From: Minisyncoccota bacterium
GTDB lineage: Bacteria > Patescibacteriota > Minisyncoccia > Phycocordibacterales > UBA9973
Assembly (NCBI GenBank): GCA_041659785.1
Contig: JBAZXO010000001.1
Span: 241,649-305,648, forward strand
Length of the DNA stretch: 64,000 nucleotides
Direction: 5' to 3'
Positions 1-8,400 of the stretch are shown here, in pieces. The position numbers and the translations under genes were made by a program. The notes beneath the pieces were generated by a model, which ran no database searches, was not told where the DNA came from, and saw only the letters and a program-made list of their open reading frames with translations. Within the stretch, counting starts at the first letter, position 1, and each line of letters opens with the position of its first letter.

Positions 1-37
1 TGGTCGAATCAATAATGGATAATTACTTCGAATGATT

Positions 38-46
38 TGGTATAAT
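38..46 (+). promoter_or_regulatory. Extended -10 promoter of the recombinase (probably leaderless mRNA)
   Basis: TGgTATAAT ending 7 nt before ATG 54; no SD. Confidence 0.55.
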
Positions 47-53
47 TAGATAT

Positions 54-1616
54 ATGAAAAAGGTAGTAATTTATTGTCGAGTTAGTTCTGTAAAACAAAG
101 TACTGATGGTCATGGACTTGATAGTCAAGAGCATCGTTGTAGAGAATATGCAAAGCAAAAAGGCTACAGCGAACCTGTAAAAGTTTTTAGAGATAGCTTT
201 TCAGGTGGTGGAGATTTTATGAATAGACCCGCGATGTCTGCTCTTTTGGCTTACTTAGATAAAGAACCAGCAACAAATTTTATAGTTATTTTTGATGACT
301 TAAAAAGATTTGCTCGTGATACTATATTTCATCTTAAATTAAGACAAGAGTTTGATGCCAGAGGAGCAAAAGTAGAATGTCCCAATTTTACTTTTGAAGA
401 TACTCCTGAGGGAAACTTTATAGAAACTATTTTAGCTTCACATAATGAATTAGAAAGAAAACAAAATCAAAGACAAGTTATTCAAAAACATAAAGCTCGT
501 CTTGAAAATGGTTATTGGTCTTTTACTTCACCTGCGGGATACAAAATGGGGAAAAATCCTATACATGGTTATCTTCTAAACAGAGTGGAGCCAGAAGCTA
601 GTATTGTGAAAGAAGCACTTGAAGGATTTGCTAATGGAAGATTTGAAAATCAAGTCGAGGTTCAGAGTTTCCTTCAACTAAAAAAGTTTCGTAATCTTAA
701 GAAGGTTAGTCTGGATTCAGTTAAAAGACTTCTTACTCGTGTTGTATATGCTGGGTATATAGAATATAAAGAATGGGGTGTAAGCAGAAGAATAGGACAC
801 CATGAACCTATAATTAGTTTAGAAACTTTTGAGAGGATTCAAGACAAATTAAATGGAAAGATAAAAATATTCTCAAGAAAAGATAACAATAAAGAGTTTC
901 CACTTAGAGGTTTTGTTTTGTGTGCTGAGTGCATAAAACCGATGACTGCGAGTTGGACTACTGGCAGAAATAGGAAACATCCTTATTATCATTGTAAAAC
1001 AAAGACATGTCAGATAAGAGGTAAAACAGTTAAAAGAAAGGAAATTGAGGAAAAATTTGAAGCTATCCTGCGTTCTATAAAACCCAAAGAAAAGACTTTG
1101 GCACTTACAAAAGAAATATTACTTGATGTGTGGAACAAGAGGCTTGCAAGCTTAGATAGCTTAAAAAGAAATCATGAAAATGCTTTAGACGAGGTTAGGG
1201 TAAAAATTAGAAACATGATTGATAGACTTTCAAAAACTGAAAATGAGAGTCTAATAAGGACTTACGAGAAAGAATTAGAAAAACTTAGTAATGAGGAACA
1301 AATACTAGAAAATCAGGCGGAAGTCATGAGAAGTAGAAAGCAAGACTTTGGAACCGCCCTAGATGTAACTTTCGATTTTATTAAAAACCCTTATCTTTAT
1401 TGGAAAAAATACGACCTAAAATCAAAACACCTAGTGTTGAAACTGGTGTTTGAAGACAGAATTATTTATGACAGACAAAATGGATTTGGAACCACTAAAC
1501 TAGCTTTACCCTTAAGGGTATTTGAGCTAAATCAGCTAAGTGATTCTATCGATGTGGACCGTACAGGACTCGAACCTGCCACCCCCTCATTGCAAATGAG
1601 GTGCTCTACCAGATGA
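54..1616 (+). CDS. Large serine recombinase/integrase (resolvase + recombinase + Zn-ribbon + coiled coil)
   Basis: N-terminal YCRVSS catalytic motif, RFAR motif, CAEC...CKTKTC zinc ribbon, coiled coil; the last ~20 codons are the antisense of tRNA-Ala. Confidence 0.93.
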   Translation: MKKVVIYCRVSSVKQSTDGHGLDSQEHRCREYAKQKGYSEPVKVFRDSFSGGGDFMNRPAMSALLAYLDKEPATNFIVIFDDLKRFARDTIFHLKLRQEFDARGAKVECPNFTFEDTPEGNFIETILASHNELERKQNQRQVIQKHKARLENGYWSFTSPAGYKMGKNPIHGYLLNRVEPEASIVKEALEGFANGRFENQVEVQSFLQLKKFRNLKKVSLDSVKRLLTRVVYAGYIEYKEWGVSRRIGHHEPIISLETFERIQDKLNGKIKIFSRKDNNKEFPLRGFVLCAECIKPMTASWTTGRNRKHPYYHCKTKTCQIRGKTVKRKEIEEKFEAILRSIKPKEKTLALTKEILLDVWNKRLASLDSLKRNHENALDEVRVKIRNMIDRLSKTENESLIRTYEKELEKLSNEEQILENQAEVMRSRKQDFGTALDVTFDFIKNPYLYWKKYDLKSKHLVLKLVFEDRIIYDRQNGFGTTKLALPLRVFELNQLSDSIDVDRTGLEPATPSLQMRCSTR

Positions 1617-1627
1617 GCTAACGGCCC
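1555..1627 (-). tRNA. tRNA-Ala(TGC)
   Basis: Minus strand GGGCCGT-TAGCTCATCTGGTAGAGC-A-CCTCA TTTGCAA TGAGG...GCAGG TTCGAGT CCTGT-ACGGTCC-A; complete cloverleaf, CCA not encoded. Confidence 0.96.
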
Positions 1628-1684
1628 GTGCATAAACACTAAAACTTACTTTTCTCAATTCTGTGTTGCCTTTACGAGGCGCTA

Positions 1685-1704
1685 CAGATGAGCTAACGGC
1701 CCGT
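1685..1704 (-). repeat. 20-bp direct repeat of the tRNA-Ala 5' end (other copy 1610-1629)
   Basis: CAGATGAGCTAACGGCCCGT occurs at both positions. Confidence 0.9.
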
Positions 1705-1895
1705 AAACTAGTTAAAAGTTTTAAAGTTCATAAAGTATAAAGAAAATACATATTTATATTAGCTTTATAACTTTCTACTTTTCACTTTATAACTATTCGT
1801 TATTCTATCTTATTTTACCAATAATGCAAATTATATTGTTGTTTTTTCTAAAATTTCTGTTAGTATATAAGAAGTTCTTTATAAAAGAAGGAAAT

Positions 1896-2222
1896 TCTGG
1901 GGTAGCTCAGCGGTAGAGCGGTCGCCTGTAAGCGAAAGTGCTAGCAGCTTTCTATCGAAAGATAGATCGAAAATGAGGTGAATTCGGGGAAACCCAAACT
2001 TATAATGAGTGGGCAATCCCGAGCCAAGCTCTAATAAAAAATAGAGAAGGTGTAGAGACTATCTCGCAAGAGAGTAGTGTTCCAATTAATTTGGAATCCG
2101 AAGCGCCTCACTTCTAAATTCTTTGAACAATCAAAGAACACGAAGATGATATAGTCCGTACCATTAGTAATAATGGAGAAAACGTAAGCGATTGGTCGTA
2201 GGTTCGATCCCTACCCCCAGAG
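1896..2222 (+). tRNA. tRNA-Asn(GTT), intron-containing (exon 1 1896-1929, exon 2 2185-2222)
   Basis: Joined exons give acceptor TCTGGGG/CCCCAGA, anticodon arm GTCGC CTGTTAA GCGAT, T-arm GTAGG TTCGATC CCTAC, discriminator G. Confidence 0.93.
1930..2184 (+). ncRNA. Group I intron (255 nt, no ORF) in the tRNA-Asn anticodon
   Basis: 5' exon ends in U, intron ends in G; P-like AATTCGGGGAAA, Q-like AATCCCGAGCC, R-like TAGAGACTA, S-like GATATAGTCC; P3 GAGGTG/CGCCTC; P1 CTGT pairs with GCAG. Confidence 0.92.
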
Positions 2223-2228
2223 CCCAAT

Positions 2229-2256
2229 AAAAAAGCCCCTTATGGGGCTTTTTTTT
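2229..2256. terminator. Bidirectional intrinsic terminator
   Basis: AAAAAAGCCCC ttat GGGGCTTTTTTTT between convergent tRNA-Asn and ORF 2280-2687. Confidence 0.8.
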
Positions 2257-2279
2257 GTTAATTATTGTATTAAATTTAT

Positions 2280-2687
2280 TTAAGCTGCTGTGCCATCTTC
2301 CCTTTCTAAATCAGAATTACTATTCTTTGTTTTATCTGGAATAGAACCGAGAAAATCGAGAGTTTCTTGCCAACTTTCTTTCTCGCCTATGTGCTCTTTT
2401 ATCTCGTGTTCTAACATACGATTAAAATTAGATATCGTTTCTTCAATCTCCTCTCCAGAACGACCTTTTTCAACCTGCGAAGAAATAATTCTCTCTTTTG
2501 CTCTATAAATAATATCTTTTTTTTCTTCCTCTGTTTTACCTTTACATTCTTTTAAACACTGCCTTGCTAATTCTCGAGCAACTGCACTTTCACCTCTCAA
2601 AATACTACTTTTGTTTTCCTCTTGTAAATCAAGAATTCCTGATTTAAAATTTTCACTATTATTTGGTTTTTTAAATTCCATTGTCAT
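2280..2687 (-). CDS. Hypothetical charged helical protein
   Basis: 135-aa ORF preceded by TTGCAT-17-TATAAT (2724-2696); no motif recognised. Confidence 0.7.
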   Translation of the reverse strand: MTMEFKKPNNSENFKSGILDLQEENKSSILRGESAVARELARQCLKECKGKTEEEKKDIIYRAKERIISSQVEKGRSGEEIEETISNFNRMLEHEIKEHIGEKESWQETLDFLGSIPDKTKNSNSDLEREDGTAA

Positions 2688-2773
2688 ATGTTGATATTAT
2701 ATCACACTACATATAAAAATGCAAGTCAAGTGAGGATTTCTTTTAAAAAAGCTGCAAAATAAGACTATTTTGA

Positions 2774-2855
2774 CAAAACAAAACCCCACCTTGCGGCGGG
2801 GTTTTGCGGCACTTATGTTGTTTACGATAAATGTGATTTTTACCTCACACTCACA
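2774..2855 (-). ncRNA. Candidate ~80-nt small RNA
   Basis: TTGCTT(2889-2884)-17-TGcTATACT(2866-2861) promoter followed by terminator hairpin 2779-2806 plus U-run, with no credible ORF in between. Confidence 0.4.
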
Positions 2856-3005
2856 ATGCGAGTATAGCATACATCTTTTAAAAAAGCAAGCCCCCACACT
2901 TATTTTTTGATTGCGCTAGTAGCGCGTTTGTAAAACTATCAAAAGATAAGTAAGTGTGGGAGCAAGTCTCTGTACTATTTTAATAAAATATGCTATAGTA
3001 TATAG

Positions 3006-3308
3006 GCAGGCATCGGATAGCTACTCTTAAAACTTCGGTTTTTGGGGAGGAAAGTCCGAACACAGTTCACCCGCCTCTGGTGGGCGAAAAACAAGTAGAG
3101 GGTAACGCCCTCCCATAGCGATATGGAGTTGCGAACAGAAACGACCCGGTTAAGTCCGGCTGAAACGGCTAAATACTTACTCCTGTGCAAGATCGTGTCC
3201 GCCGATGAGGCGGAAGAATCGCTTGAGCCTTAAAGTAATTTAGGGCCTAGATAAATTGCTATCCCCTGACTTCGGTCAGGGCACAAAATTCGGCTTATAG
3301 ATACCTGC
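3006..3308 (+). ncRNA. rnpB: RNase P RNA (compact, ~300 nt)
   Basis: GAGGAAAGTCC and ACAAAATTCGGCTTA conserved boxes; P1 GCAGGCATC/GATACCTGC; TGcTATAGT upstream; hairpin terminator 3322-3346. Confidence 0.95.
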
Positions 3309-3348
3309 AAAAAAATGAGAGTCCCCTGCCAAAAGCAGGGGATTTTCT

Positions 3349-3429
3349 ATTCCCCTCGTTGAGGGGTGGCGCTTGCACCGGGGTGGATATTCCACCTCCC
3401 CCTAAAGGGTACTCAGGAAGAGGAGAATT
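3349..3429. repeat. Multi-hairpin dispersed repeat, family B (second copy 22423-22522)
   Basis: Shared blocks ATTCCCCTC..TGAGGGGTGG..GGGGTGGA..TCCACCTCCCCCT..AGGGTACTC..GAATT. Confidence 0.85.
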
Positions 3430-3904
3430 CTACACTATCCCCTTCTTTTAGATTATTTTTATCTGCGAAATTAGTAGATACTTCTAAAACATATTTCGCA
3501 TTTTTCCCTGGCGAAAAACTCTCAGGATATGATTCAGGTAAGGCATTTTTTTGTATATAAACTACTTTCAAATCTTCTCCTATCCAAATAATATCTAAAG
3601 GAAAATTCATATCCTTCATCCAAAAAGCATATTGGCCAGGCTGAGGAAATACAAAAAGCATTCCTTCGTTTTCTTTTAACTCAGTTCTTCCTGAAAGTCC
3701 CTTTTCTTGTATTTCCGAAGTCAGAGCTAAATCAACTTTTATATTTTGTCCCGCTATCTTTACGTATTTTAAATCTTCCAGCCTCTCCCCAACCTCTCTC
3801 CATTTAATGTAAATGGAGAGAGGCAAAGGGGTGAGGTAAGTATAAATTCCGAAAATTACTATCAAAAAAATTACAAAGCCAAAAAAATAATTTTTATTTT
3901 TCAT
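3413..3904 (-). CDS. DUF192-family protein with N-terminal membrane anchor
   Basis: GLSGR..EGMLFVF..FWMKDMNFPLDIIWI..YVLEV motifs; start placed at MKNKNY (ATG 3904). Confidence 0.88.
   Translation of the reverse strand: MKNKNYFFGFVIFLIVIFGIYTYLTPLPLSIYIKWREVGERLEDLKYVKIAGQNIKVDLALTSEIQEKGLSGRTELKENEGMLFVFPQPGQYAFWMKDMNFPLDIIWIGEDLKVVYIQKNALPESYPESFSPGKNAKYVLEVSTNFADKNNLKEGDSVEFSSS
3782..3836. repeat. Palindromic element family A, in frame inside the DUF192 gene
   Basis: CCTCTCCCCAA-CCTCTCTCCATTTA atg TAAATGGAGAGAGG-CAAAGGGGTGAGG; matches the reverse complement of 9304-9362. Confidence 0.85.
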
Positions 3905-3945
3905 TTTTACTTTACAAACTTTATAACTTTTTACTTTATGAACTA

Positions 3946-5337
3946 CTAATGATCCCCATTCCAACCAAAAAGTTTTCCTATGGAATCTGGAGTCTCACGC
4001 TTATGAGGGACCTTAACCATTCCATCTTGAACGACGATTTTAAGTGGTGCTGCGAGGAGGCAATGATGAGAAGCTAATCCATCCTGATATGCACCAGTAT
4101 CGAAAACTGCCACCAGCTGACCATCATCATCATGAAGTTTCGGCATAAGGATATAGTTACCTCCAGCAGTGTATTTATCATCCGAGTCACAGGTGCTTCC
4201 TGCAAGCCATACTGTCTTCAGGACGCCGTGCATATTGTTAGCTGGAATAACATGCCATTTCTGGTGTATTGCCCATGTATCCTTCAAATCATTCATAAAG
4301 CTGCCATCGATAATATACCAAGCCTTTGCATTTGCTTTCGGGATAGCCTTCTTTGAAAGAACTTTATAAATTGTAATCTGGGCTGGAGCAGCAATATATT
4401 GACCCCATTCCACAGCCAAGTTTGGATGCTTTATGCCTGCTTTATCTGACAAACTTTTTAATACTTTAATGATTTTACTGGAAACACCTTTCGCTGTGTA
4501 GAACTTTTTCTTTTCATAAGGAACACCAAAGCCTCCCCCTATGTCTAAGGTGTCGAGAGATGGGTGTGTTTTTTGAAGTTGCGTATAAATACTAAAGGCA
4601 TGCTTCACCCCATCTAGAATACTCTTTTGAGTTTTTATCTGAGAGCCGAGGTGATAATGCATTATTTTTAAATTTTTTATTTTACCTAAATCAAGTACAT
4701 CACTTTCCGAGAGACCAAAGCGGTCAAACTTTTTATCCCAATGTGTATCTGCTTTAATATCTAAGTCTACTCTCACTCCTACATCACCTTTATATTTAGA
4801 AATTCTTTCTACTTCTTCTAGGCTCTCAATAATAGGGACGATATTCATTCCTTTTGCTCGTAATTCTTCCACCAAATCTAAATATTGATCTGTCTTAGGA
4901 CCATTACAAAATACGCGAATTTTACTATTAAATTTTTCTCTCTCCCAGAGATTTTTTACTATCCAGAGCTCATTAGCTGAGGTTACTTCTAAGTTTGCGC
5001 CTTCAGAAAGAATTGGTAAGATAAATTCTTTATTTTGATTTACCTTCATTGGATAGTGATAAAAGAATTTTCCTTTATAACCATAAATCTTCATATAAGC
5101 CTGGAAATAACCAATGAGGTCTTTGAGTCTATCTTCAATAATGAAAGGAAAGATAACTTGGAGCGGGGTGCCATATTTATGTGCTAAATCACTTAAGTTG
5201 TAAATATGGTGGCCTTCGGTAGCGGTGAGCTCGCCATCTTTGTTCACGCCGAAAAACTGAGTGTTGAATTCATCAGCACCCAGTTTCCAAAATTTTTTCC
5301 AATTCTTCCCCGGTTTTTTTATTTTTTTCTTTGGCAT
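3946..5337 (-). CDS. speA: PLP-dependent Orn/DAP/Arg decarboxylase, arginine decarboxylase (SpeA)-like
   Basis: YPMKVNQ (PLP Lys), CNGPK, HYHLGSQI, LDIGGGFG, TCDSD, GAYQD motifs. Confidence 0.75.
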   Translation of the reverse strand: MPKKKIKKPGKNWKKFWKLGADEFNTQFFGVNKDGELTATEGHHIYNLSDLAHKYGTPLQVIFPFIIEDRLKDLIGYFQAYMKIYGYKGKFFYHYPMKVNQNKEFILPILSEGANLEVTSANELWIVKNLWEREKFNSKIRVFCNGPKTDQYLDLVEELRAKGMNIVPIIESLEEVERISKYKGDVGVRVDLDIKADTHWDKKFDRFGLSESDVLDLGKIKNLKIMHYHLGSQIKTQKSILDGVKHAFSIYTQLQKTHPSLDTLDIGGGFGVPYEKKKFYTAKGVSSKIIKVLKSLSDKAGIKHPNLAVEWGQYIAAPAQITIYKVLSKKAIPKANAKAWYIIDGSFMNDLKDTWAIHQKWHVIPANNMHGVLKTVWLAGSTCDSDDKYTAGGNYILMPKLHDDDGQLVAVFDTGAYQDGLASHHCLLAAPLKIVVQDGMVKVPHKRETPDSIGKLFGWNGDH

Positions 5338-5382
5338 TTAAGTAAAAACAAGTATACCCCCACACTTATTATAAGTCAAAAA

Positions 5383-5415
5383 AAAAAGTTGCTAGGTAAG
5401 ACCTAGCAACTTTTT
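5383..5415. terminator. Intrinsic terminator after the 1282-aa gene
   Basis: AAAAAGTTGCTAGGT aag ACCTAGCAACTTTTT. Confidence 0.8.
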
Positions 5416-8400
5416 ACGCAACAAAATTCTCATTAATAATTCCCTTCTTCGCATCTATTAAACCAGAAGTATAAACAGTAGTATATGATTCATCTGGATT
5501 CTTGCGGTCTATGGTAATGTGATATTCGCCTTTAGCAAGCAGACAATAATAATGACCATATTTATCAGCAACACGGTGGAAGATTTCTTGCGGGAAGCCT
5601 TTTCTAAAGACACGAATGACAGCATATGATAAAGGAGCTTTAGTTGCAGAATCGATAATAGTACCGAAGGTCTTAGGTTTGAAACCAAGTAAGTGGAGAG
5701 CCAAAAGAATACCATAGACGATAAGGATAGCTAAGTTAAGTTTGTCTGGTCGAGATATGAAAAGTCCAATGACAGAGATGAGTCCTATATAGAAGAGAGC
5801 ATTTAGAGCAGCGTTAATGATGCGTGTATTCTTAGAGTAAAACATCATAAGTTTCTTATCTCTCTTCGCAAATTCATTCCAGTCGAAAGCGAGAGGGTCC
5901 ATCGGAATGTTTTTAATGATAACTTCGTTTGTACCCAAAAGAACTTCCCCGCCAAAATATAAATTATCATAAAGTTCATCACTCATTTTACCAGCAAGTT
6001 TTGCTGAAGGAGCTCGATAGTTAGTCTTCTTTGTAGAAATTTGATATGAACCAGGAGGAACAAGGAAACCAAAACGTCCATCCAGGTCTGTAATCGCTGT
6101 TTGAACTTCTTTACCAGTATTATCATTTAAAACTACATAAACTGGATCAAGTGGTTGTTTGGTGACACTGTCGTATACAGTTCCCCATGGCGCGCGTTTC
6201 TTTCTTAGGCCAAGAGACACAAGTAGGACACTCCAGAGTCGTAATATCATAAATGGGATATCTGCAAAAGAAGCTGCTTCTCCACCTACAGAGGCAAGCG
6301 CAATAGCACTACCTCCCCCTGCTCCGAGGGCTGTGACTGTAGTCGTTGTGGCGTTACCTACCGGTGTATCAGAAAATTCAGTAATATTTTTTCTAGTTGT
6401 AGTGATAGCTTTTTTGATTTCGGGTGTAAGAATAGAATTTACTAAATTAGATATAATTGTTTGTCCTGAATCAATAGAAGAATTACCTTCACCAGAACTT
6501 GAGCCACCAACACCAGAACTTCCTGCTCCACCTCCAGTGCCAGCACCTCCGCTTGTTCCAGTTCCACTTCCGGCACCAGAGCCTGATCCACCGGTGCTAC
6601 CACCCGTACCTGATCCACCGCCTGCGCCAGAAGAACCACTTCCCCCCGTTCCTCCACTTGTTCCAGAGCCTCCAGTTCCTCCTCCTGTTCCAGAGCCTCC
6701 ACTAGTATCTTCTCCACTTGTACCACTTTCTACTGTTACAACAACGCTTCCACTTCCTGTTCTTCCAAGACCACCAGTACATGTAAGAGTATACGTATAA
6801 ATTCCAACAGGAAGAGGGTTTGTCGTATAAGTTCCTGAGCCTTCTGTTGATCCAGACCAGTTTCCAGATTTTATACAACCATTAGTTACATTTTGCGTTG
6901 AAAATGTAATGACTGATGTCCCATTGACTGGAATAGATGTTGGATTGGCAGTAACGGTGACAACTGGAGCAAGGGGTGTTTGAAAATCTGTAATATTTTT
7001 AGTTGTAAAGGATAAAATAGAACCTTCAACTTTTCCACTTGAATTCTTCGCAACAGCGCGGAAATAATATGTAGTGTTCTTTGTGAGACCAGAAATCGTA
7101 TCAGAAAAATCACTAACAGCAGATCCTTGGCTGTTATGCGTCGTTTCATTATTTAAAATAGTTTCAGATGTTCCCCACTCAAACCAGCGTGTCGTATCAG
7201 AAGTGCCATTAGGATCCACATTCCCATTGAGTGTTGCATCTGTATCTGTAATAGATGTTGCACTGTTCGTTATAACTTTTGGTGTTTGCAAAATTATTCC
7301 ACCTCCGCCCGTAGGAGAAGGCGCACCAACATTTGTATCATATGATACTGTTACAGAAGATAATGTGGGCGTAGCAGCTCCGCCAGAAGAGAGAAATGCT
7401 TTATATTGAAAATATCTATCATTATCGCTAATAGTAAGAGGATGATTTGAAACAAAGGCAATATCGTTGTTTGCATCAAGGAAATAATCAGTACCATCAC
7501 AGGCTAAAGCAGGCCCGCACCAATTTGACCAGGTGACATTGTCTGCCGAAGAACGTACTTGAAATTTTACAATTTCAGTGGAAGATGTTCCACTAGTTGC
7601 CCAGGCTAATTTTGTAACTTTGTTTGTTGCAGAACTAGAATCAAAGACCGATGAAGTGAGGTTTCCACTTGCACCATACTGCGAATAATTTATGGTGACA
7701 TCACTTAAGGCGGGAGTGACAGTAGTATCGGTAGTGGCAAGGTTAGCACGATATTGAATATAACGATTACCAGCAAGTGCGCCAATACTTCCTCCACTAA
7801 CTACATTTGTCGTCCAAGCTGTCCATGTACCATCCGGTATAGCTACATTGCCTGCTCGCACATCCACTGTAATACTGGTAAGTGCAGGTAATGTCGTTGT
7901 GTATGCAAGAGTTGTAAAATTTGCTTTTGCTCCTGTGTCTATTACCGCAGAAGTGAAGGTGCCGGAAGCTGCGTACGCAGTAGCAATATTAACTTTACTG
8001 ACAATATTGTCAAAACCACTTGAAACCCACATTGAGTCTGTAAAACTATCAAAAATAAGATTACCTGGACTAGTGCCAACAATATAAGTGTTCAAAACAG
8101 CACCGGTATTGATATCAATTTGACTAATTGTATTATCCACAACATTTGGTGTCCATATTGAACTATTCAAATCATCAAAAGCGGGATAATTGGGACCAAT
8201 GCCAACAGCATAAGTACCGACTATGGCTCCAGTACTAACATTAACTTTAATAACTGTATTATTATTTGCATCTGTGACCCACACAGAATTTGTAATACTA
8301 TCAAAAACTACGCCGCCAACACCAGATGTACCCACAGTGTACGTGCCCAGAACAGCACCAGTCGTAGCATTAAGTTTAATAAGATTATTACTAACAGTAC

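Noticed and set aside
1921-1935. tRNA-Tyr(GTA) reading of the unspliced 5' half
   Set aside because: Gives a 6-nt loop and no long variable arm; splicing at U1929/G2184 yields a normal 7-nt GTT loop
2891-2960. 6S or SRP RNA
   Set aside because: Too short for 6S, no SRP GGAA-loop motif seen, lies between divergent promoters and matches a dispersed palindrome family
2697-3560. Short ORFs 2697-2897, 2993-3190 and 3366-3560
   Set aside because: They overlap a terminator and promoter, rnpB (antisense) or a repeat; no coding evidence
3905-3964. Longer start for the DUF192 ORF
   Set aside because: Overlaps the speA end and translates an ACTTT repeat array; MKNKNY followed by a TM is the better start
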